A stretch of 64,000 nucleotides of DNA from Syntrophales bacterium (GCA_963666365.2 CAXXNF010000001.1:1088001-1152000), one strand, 5' to 3'; counted from the stretch's first letter, positions 42,934 to 53,932 are shown. Notes: generated by a model from the letters alone, not told the origin. Program-made: numbers and translations.

Positions 42934-43995
42934 ATGAGAAATTGGATCTATAGAGCACTGGTCATCATAGTAATTCTGGCTGGGGGCAGCTACGCCGTTA
43001 ATTGGCTTCTTGATGCCTTCTCTCATGAAAGCACTGACAATGCGCAGATTACCGGCATTATCGTGCCCGTTTCTTCTGAAATAAAGGGACGGGTGGTAAA
43101 GGTGCATGTGGAAGATAACGAATACGTCTCCGCTGACGACCCTCTGGTTGAGATTTTTCAGGACGATTACCTCAAGGCACTCAAAGAAAAGACCGATGCC
43201 GTGTCGCGCTTGAAAGCGGAAAAAAGCGAATTGAAAAGCCTGATCGTAGAGAAGGAAAAGGTGCTCCAGCGGGTGCGGGCCAACGAGAAAGTCGCCCGCG
43301 CAGAAGAATTTCTGGCAAACAGGGAAAAAAAACGATACGAGGCACTGGTGCGGCAGAAGGCGGTTTCGCAGAGCCATTATGACAATGTACAGTCTCAATG
43401 GAAGATCGTTCATGCGCGCACTGAAGCGTCCGCAGCCGAAGTGGCCGAAGCGGAGGCGGCCATCAAGGTGCTGAAGGCGCGGTTGCAGACACAGACGTTC
43501 CGAATAAAAGAAGCCGAAACATCGCAGCATTTAGCCCGGTTGAACGTACAGAGGACCGCAGTGAAGGCGCCGGTATCGGGACGGGTGGCGAAAAAAAACG
43601 TTGAGGTAGGAAAATATGTGCAGGCAGGCCAGTCACTTCTCGCCCTTGTCAAGGAAGATATATGGGTCATCGCAAATTTTAAGGAAACTCAAATAAAAAA
43701 GATGGTGGTGGGACAGCCCGTTGAGATAGAGGTTGATGCCTATCCCCACATGAAGATTAAAGGCCGCATCGAAAGCATCCAGCACGGCACCGGATCGGTA
43801 TTCAGCCTGCTCCCTCCTGAGAACGCCACAGGCAATTTCATTAAAGTCGTCCAGCGCGTTCCCGTTAAAATCCTTATAGAGAAAGAGGGCGACTCAAGCC
43901 ATATGCTCTGGCCGGGGCTTTCAGTTGTCGCCACGGTGGACGTGAGCGACCCTTCAGGCGCGGCTTCATCCGCAAAGCAGAAGGCTCGTGACTAA
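42934..43995 (+). CDS. EmrA/HlyD membrane fusion protein
   Basis: STDNAQI, APVSG, ANFKETQ, FSLLPPENATGNFIKVVQRVPV. Confidence 0.93.
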   Translation: MRNWIYRALVIIVILAGGSYAVNWLLDAFSHESTDNAQITGIIVPVSSEIKGRVVKVHVEDNEYVSADDPLVEIFQDDYLKALKEKTDAVSRLKAEKSELKSLIVEKEKVLQRVRANEKVARAEEFLANREKKRYEALVRQKAVSQSHYDNVQSQWKIVHARTEASAAEVAEAEAAIKVLKARLQTQTFRIKEAETSQHLARLNVQRTAVKAPVSGRVAKKNVEVGKYVQAGQSLLALVKEDIWVIANFKETQIKKMVVGQPVEIEVDAYPHMKIKGRIESIQHGTGSVFSLLPPENATGNFIKVVQRVPVKILIEKEGDSSHMLWPGLSVVATVDVSDPSGAASSAKQKARD

Positions 43996-45577
43996 GACGC
44001 CGGCACGTCACAAGTGGCTGATCGCGGTCACCGTCATGAGTGGCGCGATCATGGCCGCCCTGGATATCAGCATTGTAAATGTGGCACTGCCTCAGATGCG
44101 CGGAAGCCTGGGCGCCTCCGTTGAAGAAATCACCTGGGTTTCGACGGGCTACATCCTTTCCAGTGTCATCCTCATGCCCATGATTGCCTTCCTGAGTTCG
44201 CGATTCGGACGAAAGCGATTCTATCTTTTTTCGACGCTGCTTTTTACCTTTTTTTCCACGCTTTGCGGTTTTGCCTGGGACCTGCAGTCGATAATCTTCT
44301 TCAGAGTTATTCAGGGCATCGGAAGCGGTACGCTGATCGTGGTTTCGCTGGCCATACTTAGAGAAACCTTTCCTCCCGAAGAGCAGGGAACCGCCATGGG
44401 TATTTACGGGTTCGGCGTTATCCTTGGTCCCGCCATCGGACCTACCGTGGGAGGGTGGCTTACCGACCTCTATTCCTGGCGGTGGATTTTTTATATCAAA
44501 TGGCCTTTGGGTATTCTCAATGCACTGCTCATTCTAAAATTTATCGAAGATCCGCCCTATCTGATCCGGGAAAAAGGGGGAACCCTTGATCTGGCCGGAC
44601 TCTTTTTTATGGCTGTCGGCCTGGGCGCCATCCAGGTCATATTGGCAAAGGGTAACAACAGGGACTGGTTTGAATCAAATCTGATCGTCATGCTTGCGGT
44701 AATAGCCGCGGCAGCTCTTCTCATGTTCGCCTATCGGGAGTTGACCACCGAGAAGCCCGCCGTGAACCTTCGGATTTTGAAAGATTTCAATTTTCTTTCG
44801 GCCTGCATCTTCACCGGGTTTCTCCATCTGGCCCTGATGGGCAGTTTATTCCTCTTTCCCCTCTTCCTGCAGCAGCTGCTCGGATATCCCGTACTCGATT
44901 CAGGATTGGCTCTTTTACCGAGAAGCATTGCCATGATGCTTGCTATGCCCCTGGGGGGACGACTGTACAATCGTACAGGACCGAAATTTCTCATTGGAGC
45001 AGGATCTCTTATAAACGCTCTTTCATTTTATCAGCTGTCGGGACTTTCTCTCAATACGGGCTACTGGGAATTTTTCATCCCCCAGGTGCTTCAGGGAATG
45101 GGATTTGGCCTGATATTCGTCTCCTTGATTACGGCCGCTTTGTCGAGCATTGAAAATCGCTTTATGACTGATGCGTCAGGACTCTTCAATGTCGTATCCC
45201 AGGTGTTCGGCAGCATGGGCATTGCCGTGGTCGCCACCATACTGACCCGCAGAGTAACCTGGAGCCGGGCGCTGCTGATGGAACAGATCACCGCGTTCAG
45301 TGACGCCACGGCGGAAAAGATGCACACAATCTCTTCAATATTGACTGCCCGCGGTGTCAGTCCGGGCGATATAGACACAATGACATTGAAAATGATGGAG
45401 CACATCGTTATGAAACAGGCAACCATCCTCGCCTACAACCATGTGTTTTATCTGCTTGCCGTTCTCTTCATCGCCTTGCTCGGTCTCTTGTGCTTTATAA
45501 AGCATCGTCCATCGCCGCCGATGAGAGGGGTCTACAGTGCGAAACCACCTGCGGGGGAAGGGGAGAGGGAACCATAA
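43988..45577 (+). CDS. EmrB/QacA DHA2 MFS efflux permease
   Basis: LDISIVNVALP, FGRKR, GPAIGPTVGG, many TM helices. Confidence 0.93.
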   Translation: MTKTPARHKWLIAVTVMSGAIMAALDISIVNVALPQMRGSLGASVEEITWVSTGYILSSVILMPMIAFLSSRFGRKRFYLFSTLLFTFFSTLCGFAWDLQSIIFFRVIQGIGSGTLIVVSLAILRETFPPEEQGTAMGIYGFGVILGPAIGPTVGGWLTDLYSWRWIFYIKWPLGILNALLILKFIEDPPYLIREKGGTLDLAGLFFMAVGLGAIQVILAKGNNRDWFESNLIVMLAVIAAAALLMFAYRELTTEKPAVNLRILKDFNFLSACIFTGFLHLALMGSLFLFPLFLQQLLGYPVLDSGLALLPRSIAMMLAMPLGGRLYNRTGPKFLIGAGSLINALSFYQLSGLSLNTGYWEFFIPQVLQGMGFGLIFVSLITAALSSIENRFMTDASGLFNVVSQVFGSMGIAVVATILTRRVTWSRALLMEQITAFSDATAEKMHTISSILTARGVSPGDIDTMTLKMMEHIVMKQATILAYNHVFYLLAVLFIALLGLLCFIKHRPSPPMRGVYSAKPPAGEGEREP

Positions 45578-45636
45578 TGTTGTCCGCCCCGGGATGGTCG
45601 AACCTTTTTCCGCACGCACCGTGGGCGAAAAAGCGG

Positions 45637-48600
45637 TCAGGCATATTTCTTTAATCCTGTGCGATGGTGATGCCGGGCGTGTTCGATCATAAAATGCAGG
45701 CGATTGAGGATATTGACTTCGCTTGCGCCGGCATCGAAATCGAGAAAGAGCATATTCATCATGGGATAGAACCGAAGGATGCGGTTTTCGATCCCCTTGG
45801 CAACTACTTGATTGGCGATGCAGCCGAAGGGCTGAAGGCAGACGACGTCCCAGATTCCCTCCCGGGCGAAGCAGGCGATCTCGGCCGGAATCAGCCATCC
45901 CTCGCCAAACTGGTTCGACAGGCTCACAATCTCAGACGCCATGCGGGCTTTCTGATAGATGCCCGCAGGAGGTTCATAACAGCGAAAGCCCCTGAGCACC
46001 CTTTCAAACCGGTCTATCCAGAGCCCTGCCTGATATTCCAGAAACACCTCAAACAGTTTTGACACCACACTTCGAGGCTCCAGATAACTGCGCCGGTTGT
46101 CCTTCACGTTGACAAAAAACTGCATTACAAAGTCCGTAAGCGAGGGAACCGACACTTCCACCTTTTGTGCGATTATCCAGTCAACCACGTTCATCTGGCT
46201 GAAGCGGTTGTATTTCAGGAAAATTTCACCCACGATGCCGATTCTGGGTAGACTTGCATTCTCACTGACTATGTCGTTAAAGGATGCGACAGCCTTCCTG
46301 AGACTGTCTATGAGTCCCTTTGCATCATCCCTTTCGGCACAGTGACGACCCATGTCAAGATAGTGGTCCCGCACGGCCCCGGCAGATCCGGGCGTCCCTT
46401 CGCGCACCACCGTCTTGTAATACATGCGTGCGATGGCGTCCGCATACAGAAGGCTGGTAAAGGCCGGTTTTATGATCCGACTGAATGCAAGTTCGAAGCC
46501 GGGCTGCTCGTTGATCAAATCGCTCCCCTGGGCCGCCGCCACTACAGATACCTCGGGATATCCTGCACCGATGAGCGCCTTTTTAATGAGCGACACATAG
46601 TTGGTGGCCCTGCACTGTCCGCCCGTCTGAGACATGCCGACAACGGTCTTCCGGGGATCGAACCGACCGGATTTAAAGGCCTTTATAAAATCGCCGATCA
46701 CGACGGTGGCGGGATAGCATATTTCATTGTTGGCGTACTGCAATCCGTACTCCACGGATTCCTTGTCCGAAGGGGGGAGAATTATCAGATTGTAGCCGAG
46801 GAGGCGGAAGAGGGGCGAAAAGAAGGGAGAATAGCAGTCGGCAAAATAGGGAGCGATGATCTGTTTTGTCCGATCTTCCGGCAGATAGGGAGGAGCTTTG
46901 GCACGGTGGCGAGAGGGCGCGGCGCGGCGAGAGGGTTGCACTGCAAGGGTTTCCATCAGCGATCGCAGGCGAAGACGGGCAGAGCCGGTGCTGGATATTT
47001 CGTCGATTTTGATGACCGTAAAGGGTTTTCCTGCCGCGGCCAGTATGTCGCGAATCTCATCCATCACGAAGGCATCGGGACCGCAGCCGAAAGAATTCAG
47101 CATGACATACTGAATATTCTGCGCCGATTGATCGGCCACCCATTGCGCCGCCTTAAGAATCCGGTTGGGGAAGGTCCATTGAGGAATGGTGTGCAGTTCT
47201 CTCACACTTTTTTCGCAGAGGCTGGAGACTGCGTCGCAGGGGAGTACATCGGCGCCCAGGTCAGCCAGAATTTCCGATGTGTGGTGCTCGATGAGCGGAT
47301 CGGCGTGGTAGGGTCTGCCGGCAAGCACGATCACGGTCCGCCCCTGTCTGCGCGCCTCGTCAAGCACCATGCGACCCCGGTTTTCCAGAGATGCGCGAAA
47401 ACGGCCCTGTGCCGCCAGTGCCCGTACAAAGGCATTCTCGAAACGCCGGCGGGACACATTAAGGGATTTCAAATACCTGAAACAGGCCTTCTTGAGCAAC
47501 CTTTCATCACGGAACGATATTGTCGGCGCGTCAAAAGGAATCGGCTGTTCTTCCCTTTCTCCCATGGCGCCCTTCAGCACTTCGGCATAGCTTCCCACGA
47601 TGGGACAGTTGTAGCTGTTCGCCGCGTCTGCCTCTTCTTTGATCTCATGAATCGTCAACGGATAGAGGATGCGGTCCACCCCTTTTTCACGGAGATCCAT
47701 TATATGGCCGTGAGCCAGCTTTGCGGGAAAACAGATGTTATCGGCCATTATCGATCCGAGGCCCTTTTCGTAAATCTCCTGGCTCGACTCTTCCGACAGC
47801 ACGACATGAAAACCGCACTCGGTCAGAAGGGTGCTCCAGAACGGGAAATCTTCATACATCCCCAGGATGCGGGGAATACCTATAGTCGTAGCGGCAACGG
47901 GCGCCACAGGCGGCGTGAGATTTTCAAAAAGCAGCTCCCTGCGGGCGGCAAAGAAATTGGTTCCCCTTGCGGCACTGCCGCCGCGATTGCCGAAATGGCG
48001 TTCACACTTGTTTCCGGTAAAAAATCGCCCTCCGCCGCTGAATGAAAAAACGGTTACACTGCATTGATTGGGACACCCGCGGCATTCAATTTCCCGGGTG
48101 CGATAGCGGGTTGATTCTTCCAGGGTGTCCAGGTGAAACGGGCGGACCGCTTGCTGACCGGCATCATAGGCCTCTTTTGCCAGTAAGGCCGCACCGAAGG
48201 CGCCCATCATTTCCGGCTTGTCCGAAGAGGCAATGGAAGAACCGGAAAGCATTTCAAAGGCTCTCAGTACTGCCGGGTTCCGAAAGGTTCCCCCCTGCAC
48301 AAGAATATGGCCGCCCAGCTCCGATGTGTCCCGCAGTTTCAGGACCTTGTTGAGGGTGTTTTTGATCACCGAATAGGCGAGACCCGCCGCGATATCCTCT
48401 ATCGAAGCATTCTCGCGCTGTGCCTGCTTGATGCGGGAATTCATAAAAACGGTGCATCGTGTCCCGAGGTCGCAGGGCGCCCGGGATTTACAGGCCCTCC
48501 GGGCGAAGGTATCCGCCGTCAAACCGAGGGACTGGGCAAAACCCTCGATGAAGGAGCCGCATCCCGAAGAGCAGGCTTCGTTGATTTCAATGCGCTTTAT

Positions 48601-49926
48601 TCCATGATCGCCGATAAACAGTGCTTTCATGTCCTGCCCGCCTATGTCGAGAATAAATGAAACCTTCGGATCACACTGCATGGCCGCCCGCCAGTGGGCA
48701 ATGGTTTCCACCACGCCCCGGTCGAGATCAAAGGCGGCACTGATTAGATCCTCTCCGTACCCGGTCGCCTTGCCGGCAGCAATGGGCATCCGTTCTGCGC
48801 CTCCCCCTGCCTTTTCTCTCAGTACGAAAAGGGCTTCCATTACGGCGTCGACAGGGTTACCCCGGTTCGGGCGATAATCGCTGAATACCGTTCGCTCCCT
48901 GGAATCGATCACCATCACTTTGGCGGTAGTGGACCCGCAATCGATTCCGAGAAAAAAGGGCGGCTCGGCGCGCTGAAAGGGAATCTCCTCAAGTCTCATA
49001 ATACGGCGGCTATGTTCCCAGTGCCGGTATGCGGCCTCGTCGGAGAAGAGTGGAGGCAGCCGATGACGAGTGTTGGTATGCACCGCGTTGAGGATGTTCA
49101 TACGCTCTTGCCAGTCGCCGAGGCCTGCCGCAGGAATGTCCCGTTCCTCCGTGAGCGCCGCACCCCAGGCGGGAAAGAATAATCCGTTGGACGGCATGAC
49201 GACGTCATCCTGCGTAAGTTTCAAGGATCGGCAAAAACAGTCCCGGAGACTGGAGAAAAAGGTCAGAGGACCACCGCAGAAAAGCACCTTGCGCCGTATT
49301 GACACGCCGCGGGCAAGGGAATTGAGGTTCTGGAGGGCCACTGCATGAAGAATGGAGGCACATATGTTGGACAGTTCGATTTTACGGCTTACCAGATTTT
49401 GCACATCTGTTTTCGCAAATACACCGCATCGTGAGGCAATGGGATAGATGCGGGTGTGCAGACCGGCCAGTCTGTTGAGATCTTCGACGGAGAGATTGAG
49501 CAGCGTTGCCATCTGGTCTATAAAGGCGCCGGTGCCGCCGGCGCAACTGCCGTTCATGCGTATATCAGGCGGCCGTTCCGCGGAGAAAAACATCATCTTG
49601 CTGTCCTCTCCGCCGATGTCAATAAGCGTTCCCACCTCCGGAAAGTACCGCCGCGTTACCTCACCGGCGGCAACAACCTCCTGAACGAAAGGGACACCGA
49701 CGCGCTCGGCGATCCCCATTCCCGCCGATCCGGTAACAGTCAGCGCTATCGGATGGTCGCCAAGGGCTGCCGTTGCCTCTTCCATGATGGATCTGAGGGT
49801 GTTCGCAATGTCGGCGCCGTGACGCCGATAGGCTGAAAATGTAACCGTTCCCCGCCCGTCAAGAATAATGACCTTTGCCGTGGTGGAACCCACATCCAAG
49901 CCAGCTCGAAATAGTTCCTTCCTCAT
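45637..49926 (-). CDS. Giant CoA-substrate-specific enzyme activase (two BcrAD/BadFG ATPase modules + DUF2229-like region)
   Basis: GLDVGSTT, IDIGGEDSK, CAGGTG, GIDCGSTT, DIGGQDMK, CSSGCGS, CFPAK, SFGCGPD, QPFGC. Confidence 0.9.
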   Translation of the reverse strand: MRKELFRAGLDVGSTTAKVIILDGRGTVTFSAYRRHGADIANTLRSIMEEATAALGDHPIALTVTGSAGMGIAERVGVPFVQEVVAAGEVTRRYFPEVGTLIDIGGEDSKMMFFSAERPPDIRMNGSCAGGTGAFIDQMATLLNLSVEDLNRLAGLHTRIYPIASRCGVFAKTDVQNLVSRKIELSNICASILHAVALQNLNSLARGVSIRRKVLFCGGPLTFFSSLRDCFCRSLKLTQDDVVMPSNGLFFPAWGAALTEERDIPAAGLGDWQERMNILNAVHTNTRHRLPPLFSDEAAYRHWEHSRRIMRLEEIPFQRAEPPFFLGIDCGSTTAKVMVIDSRERTVFSDYRPNRGNPVDAVMEALFVLREKAGGGAERMPIAAGKATGYGEDLISAAFDLDRGVVETIAHWRAAMQCDPKVSFILDIGGQDMKALFIGDHGIKRIEINEACSSGCGSFIEGFAQSLGLTADTFARRACKSRAPCDLGTRCTVFMNSRIKQAQRENASIEDIAAGLAYSVIKNTLNKVLKLRDTSELGGHILVQGGTFRNPAVLRAFEMLSGSSIASSDKPEMMGAFGAALLAKEAYDAGQQAVRPFHLDTLEESTRYRTREIECRGCPNQCSVTVFSFSGGGRFFTGNKCERHFGNRGGSAARGTNFFAARRELLFENLTPPVAPVAATTIGIPRILGMYEDFPFWSTLLTECGFHVVLSEESSQEIYEKGLGSIMADNICFPAKLAHGHIMDLREKGVDRILYPLTIHEIKEEADAANSYNCPIVGSYAEVLKGAMGEREEQPIPFDAPTISFRDERLLKKACFRYLKSLNVSRRRFENAFVRALAAQGRFRASLENRGRMVLDEARRQGRTVIVLAGRPYHADPLIEHHTSEILADLGADVLPCDAVSSLCEKSVRELHTIPQWTFPNRILKAAQWVADQSAQNIQYVMLNSFGCGPDAFVMDEIRDILAAAGKPFTVIKIDEISSTGSARLRLRSLMETLAVQPSRRAAPSRHRAKAPPYLPEDRTKQIIAPYFADCYSPFFSPLFRLLGYNLIILPPSDKESVEYGLQYANNEICYPATVVIGDFIKAFKSGRFDPRKTVVGMSQTGGQCRATNYVSLIKKALIGAGYPEVSVVAAAQGSDLINEQPGFELAFSRIIKPAFTSLLYADAIARMYYKTVVREGTPGSAGAVRDHYLDMGRHCAERDDAKGLIDSLRKAVASFNDIVSENASLPRIGIVGEIFLKYNRFSQMNVVDWIIAQKVEVSVPSLTDFVMQFFVNVKDNRRSYLEPRSVVSKLFEVFLEYQAGLWIDRFERVLRGFRCYEPPAGIYQKARMASEIVSLSNQFGEGWLIPAEIACFAREGIWDVVCLQPFGCIANQVVAKGIENRILRFYPMMNMLFLDFDAGASEVNILNRLHFMIEHARHHHRTGLKKYA

Positions 49927-49968
49927 CGCGTTTCTCCGAATCGTATATTACCGTAAAATGCCTCAACA

Positions 49969-50625
49969 TCAGTCCCGATAGAGCGGGGGCTGCAGCGAGG
50001 ATGCATTGTTGATGCTGCCCATCAAGGTCTCAACGATCACCACTTTTCGTTCGTCGATAAATCGGTCGAAGGCATCCGGCTTGTCGTCGATGAAAAATTC
50101 ATTAAACAGGGGTTTGGCAATAAAGGGAAAGACGCAGAGACTGATCAAATTCGCCACAAACTGAGAAGCCGGAATCTCGGAATTGAGATCGCGCATTTCC
50201 TTTTCTATCCATCGCCGCATCCGATCGGATAAGAGCCCCTTCATGGTGAATTGTGCAACGATCTTGTCGGGATTTTTATTAAGCTCATTCATGATAAAAT
50301 TGGGAAGATAGGGATTTTCCTTAAACAAATCAAGATAATGATCAACGAACCATTTTATTTTTTCTTGAAAGGGCATGTCGCCTGACATAATTTCTTCCAC
50401 TCTGGGGAGAAAGTGATCGAAGAGATCGTCAAATACGGCCTCGAACAGCTTCTTTTTGCTTCGAAAGTAGTAATGAAGCGCTGTGCGGCTGATTCCGGCT
50501 TCGTCGGCAATGTCCTGCATCACGGTGCCGTCTATACCCTTTTTCACGAATACCCCTTTGGCTGCCTCCAGAATGCGCTGATCTTTGTCGCGCGAAGCTC
50601 CCTCTGCGTGCAACATCTCTGACAC
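49969..50625 (-). CDS. TetR/AcrR family regulator
   Basis: ILEAAK.VF..KG...MQDIADEAGISRTALHYYFRSK. Confidence 0.93.
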   Translation of the reverse strand: MSEMLHAEGASRDKDQRILEAAKGVFVKKGIDGTVMQDIADEAGISRTALHYYFRSKKKLFEAVFDDLFDHFLPRVEEIMSGDMPFQEKIKWFVDHYLDLFKENPYLPNFIMNELNKNPDKIVAQFTMKGLLSDRMRRWIEKEMRDLNSEIPASQFVANLISLCVFPFIAKPLFNEFFIDDKPDAFDRFIDERKVVIVETLMGSINNASSLQPPLYRD

Positions 50626-50757
50626 CTCTGTTCAACAGTATAGTCTGACAATTGCGTCCGCCTATGTAATTGATTTTCAGCAATCTGTCAACAGGGGTTC
50701 CGCAGGAAATTTCAATCATGGATTTTTGATTTGTTTTATGGGTGTTTCGCGCAGAGG

Positions 50758-50812
50758 CGCAGGGACGCTGAGGACAAGAGAAGATCTTTTCTCTGCGTCC
50801 CTGCGGGAGAAA
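50758..50812. repeat. REP-like palindrome
   Basis: cgcagggacgctgag ... ctctgcgtccctgcg arms (14/15) followed by ggagaaaa; degenerate right arm also at ~42729-42752. Confidence 0.6.
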
Positions 50813-50817
50813 AAGAA

Positions 50818-53082
50818 TTATGTGTGCTCTTTCTCGGATCCCTCCAACTCTTCGACAACATCCTTGGATGCTTCTGATTCCGAAATGACCTGTACGCGCG
50901 GGCGGGCACGCTCGGGGCGTGATGACTGTTCCACAACAGTGTGCTCTTCAAGTGCAACCCGCATAGGTGGCGCAGCGCCCTCTTTATCGATGCCAAACCA
51001 CAGGGTCTGATGGGGAAAGGGAATTTCGATGCTCCGTTCATCGAACACCTGTTTCATGAGCTGTAGAAAGGCGCGCCGCACGGCGAACTGTTTCATGGGA
51101 ATCGTCCTCAGGCGCACCCGGATTTCGACAGCCGAATCAGCCAATTTGTTCATACCGAACACTTCCAGGTCGCCCGTGATGAACGGCCCCCATACTTCGT
51201 CCTTCCGGAGTTCAACGGCCACGTCCTGAAGCGCCTGCACCACATCGCCGTATCGCTCACGGTATGCCACACCAGCATCGATCAGGGCATATCCGTATTC
51301 CCGGTTGTAATTGGTGACGGTGGTCACCTCGCCGAAGGGAATTACATATACCGTGCCGGCAAGATCACGTAGTGTTACCGTCCGAACGGTAAGACGTTCC
51401 ACCGTCCCGGCGTAGCCTCCGGCCTCCACCCAGTCCCCCACGGATATGGCGTCCTCCAGCAGTATGAATATGCCCGTGATCATGTCGCGCACCAGCGTCT
51501 GGGCGCCGAAGCCAACGGCCAGTCCGACAACGCCGGCACCTGCCAGGAGCGGCGCAATGTTTATGCCGAACCGTGAAAGCACCAGCATCGAGACAATCAC
51601 CACAAGCGTCACGCGCATCACTGTTTTCAGCATCGGCAGCAATGTGAGCATGCGCGTCCTTCCCTTTCCCTCCGCCTCCTCCCGGACAAGCAGTCGTTCG
51701 GTCAGTATATTTACGGTCTCCCACAAAACAAGCGCGCCGACGATGATGATGATGACCTTCAGCAGTTCCGCGATAAGCATCCCACCCATGGGCGAAAGCA
51801 GCCAGCCCAGGGTGCCCAGCCCCCAGACCTCGAGAATCGCGAAGGCGCACACCGCATAGATGATTCCCGAGAGAATCGCTCGCACAAGCGCCTGATAACG
51901 GTTTGCCCGCGCTTCCAGACCGGGATAGTCCTTTTTCAATACATCGCTTATAAGGAAAAGCCGATCTACTCCCCGCCGCACCACCCGTACCAGTATTACC
52001 GTCAGGAATGTCAGGACCATTGTCATGGCAAGACCGGAGAGAAGAAATTTCGTGCCTCCCTCAATTTCGAGCACCCATTGGGCATAGAATCCAATCACCA
52101 GAATAATCGCGATGATATGCCACCCATCAGCCAGACGCCGCAAAAACGCAATGAGCATGGCAAGCCCGGCCTGTCGTTCCCGTAGCGGCGCTGATTCCCT
52201 TCTTTCCTTACACATCCAGGCGGCAACATTTTTTCTGTTCTGCAGAATCAGGGTGACCAGCAACACCACGACGGCAAGCCCCAAAAACTTCATCAGAAGG
52301 GAGTATAACACTGCCGGTACACCCATGAGCAGGGCCGCTTCCAGGATAAAATATCCATACACGGTGAGGAGGGTCACCCGCCGTATCCATATATAGGCAT
52401 AGTGGCCGGTCTCCTCATCGGAAAACAGCACACTGAGCGCCGGACTTCCTGGAGCGCAGATCATGCGAGCAACCGCAAGAACTAGACCCGAGACGACAGC
52501 GGCATTGATCAGGGCCAGCACGGCCAGCCGGGTCTCCGCTGCGGAATTCGTAAGCGGTACTACGACATAGGCGGCAACGGCGAAGCCAACAATCGGTATG
52601 ATGTCAAAGAGGGTGCGGGAAAAAAGGAAAAGCGCTCTTACCCAGATTTTATTCTCTTCACGGTCTTCCACGGAACGGCGCCCGCGGCTCAAAAGGCGCT
52701 GCAACAGCCACCAGACAAGAAGACCTGCTGTCAGAACCAGGACCAGTTTAACCAGTATTCCGCCCCAGCGCAGAAGATTTTGCGGGTCCTGCGCCTTCAC
52801 AAACACATCCTGCAACACTGCAGGCAGGGCAAGAAGCCCTGTGCCCGCTTCGGCAAGCAAGTCGGCCGCTTTTTCCATCCGACCCGACACAAAGGCTATA
52901 AACTGGCCGCCGATTCCTCCTGCATCGATGATGGTGACTGCAGGGGCTTTTCCCGGTGGTGTTTCTTCTCCGGCTACGGCGATATGCGAAAAGATAAGGC
53001 CGGCCCACAGCAAAGCCGCTGCGATAATGACGATCGTGGTACGTGAATATCTCAACAGAACAACCTCCTCATTACTATTCAC
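50818..53082 (-). CDS. Mechanosensitive channel, large MscS family (YbiO-like)
   Basis: LLAGAGVVGLAVGFGAQ.LVRD, GDWVE, G.VE, IEIPFP; multiple N-terminal TM helices. Confidence 0.92.
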   Translation of the reverse strand: MNSNEEVVLLRYSRTTIVIIAAALLWAGLIFSHIAVAGEETPPGKAPAVTIIDAGGIGGQFIAFVSGRMEKAADLLAEAGTGLLALPAVLQDVFVKAQDPQNLLRWGGILVKLVLVLTAGLLVWWLLQRLLSRGRRSVEDREENKIWVRALFLFSRTLFDIIPIVGFAVAAYVVVPLTNSAAETRLAVLALINAAVVSGLVLAVARMICAPGSPALSVLFSDEETGHYAYIWIRRVTLLTVYGYFILEAALLMGVPAVLYSLLMKFLGLAVVVLLVTLILQNRKNVAAWMCKERRESAPLRERQAGLAMLIAFLRRLADGWHIIAIILVIGFYAQWVLEIEGGTKFLLSGLAMTMVLTFLTVILVRVVRRGVDRLFLISDVLKKDYPGLEARANRYQALVRAILSGIIYAVCAFAILEVWGLGTLGWLLSPMGGMLIAELLKVIIIIVGALVLWETVNILTERLLVREEAEGKGRTRMLTLLPMLKTVMRVTLVVIVSMLVLSRFGINIAPLLAGAGVVGLAVGFGAQTLVRDMITGIFILLEDAISVGDWVEAGGYAGTVERLTVRTVTLRDLAGTVYVIPFGEVTTVTNYNREYGYALIDAGVAYRERYGDVVQALQDVAVELRKDEVWGPFITGDLEVFGMNKLADSAVEIRVRLRTIPMKQFAVRRAFLQLMKQVFDERSIEIPFPHQTLWFGIDKEGAAPPMRVALEEHTVVEQSSRPERARPRVQVISESEASKDVVEELEGSEKEHT

Positions 53083-53932
53083 AGCAGAGTCCCCTCTTTA
53101 ACAGCCATGGCTTCGATCGCTCAAAGTTCCTGCGCGCCACATCGGTGCGGGCAAAGCCTCCCGCATCAGGACCGGCAGCCGTATGCGCGCCGAGACTGTA
53201 CATAAGACAAAAGTTCCTGTATGCCGCTTCTATTTCGGCACTGAATCCCCGCGTGTCTTCCATGTGATTAATGGCGTTTTTGATCGTTCCCGTCCAGGAA
53301 GGGGCGGACAAATAATTGTCGGCAACGCGGGTTGCATATGCCAGGGTTTCTTTTTCCAACTGATCCGCCGGAAATGAGCGATTGACAAATCCGTAGGCGA
53401 GGGCCTCCGTGGTGGTAATGAACCGGTGTTCCAGAAGGATTTCCTTTGCCTTTCGCGGCCCCAGGTCCCAGGGAGCGGAAAAATATTCCACCAGCCCGGG
53501 CAGGAATCGAGCATCATCGGCAGCAAAGATAACATCCATGGCCGCCGCCAGCATCCACCCGGCGTATATGCAGTATCCATGAACCATGGCAACGGTGGGC
53601 TTCGGACAGTTACGCCACGCCAGGGTTTTTTTCACGAAATACTCGTACATATCGTCGACTTTCTTATGAAAATTTTTGTCCTGCGGTTTTGCAAGGTCCT
53701 TTGCCTCGCAGTAGCGAAGTTCCGCATCCGTTCCCAGGTCATGACCGGCAGAAAATGACCTGCCGGCGCCGGAAAGCACAATCGCCCCGCAGGCCCCATC
53801 GGATATCGCCGCATGAAAAGCCCGGTCCACTTCATCCAGCAATTGGTACCCTTGAGCATTCAAACATTCCGGCCTGTTGAACACGATGCGGGCCACATGT
53901 CCGGGTTGATAGACAATTTGTTCAAATTCCAT
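53075..53932 (-). CDS. Enoyl-CoA hydratase family
   Basis: NRPE..NAQ, GAGRSFSAGHDLG, PKPTVAMVHG. Confidence 0.9.
   Translation of the reverse strand: MEFEQIVYQPGHVARIVFNRPECLNAQGYQLLDEVDRAFHAAISDGACGAIVLSGAGRSFSAGHDLGTDAELRYCEAKDLAKPQDKNFHKKVDDMYEYFVKKTLAWRNCPKPTVAMVHGYCIYAGWMLAAAMDVIFAADDARFLPGLVEYFSAPWDLGPRKAKEILLEHRFITTTEALAYGFVNRSFPADQLEKETLAYATRVADNYLSAPSWTGTIKNAINHMEDTRGFSAEIEAAYRNFCLMYSLGAHTAAGPDAGGFARTDVARRNFERSKPWLLKRGLCCE

Noticed and set aside
46342..48045. 567-aa plus-strand ORF
   Set aside because: Antisense shadow of the giant activase
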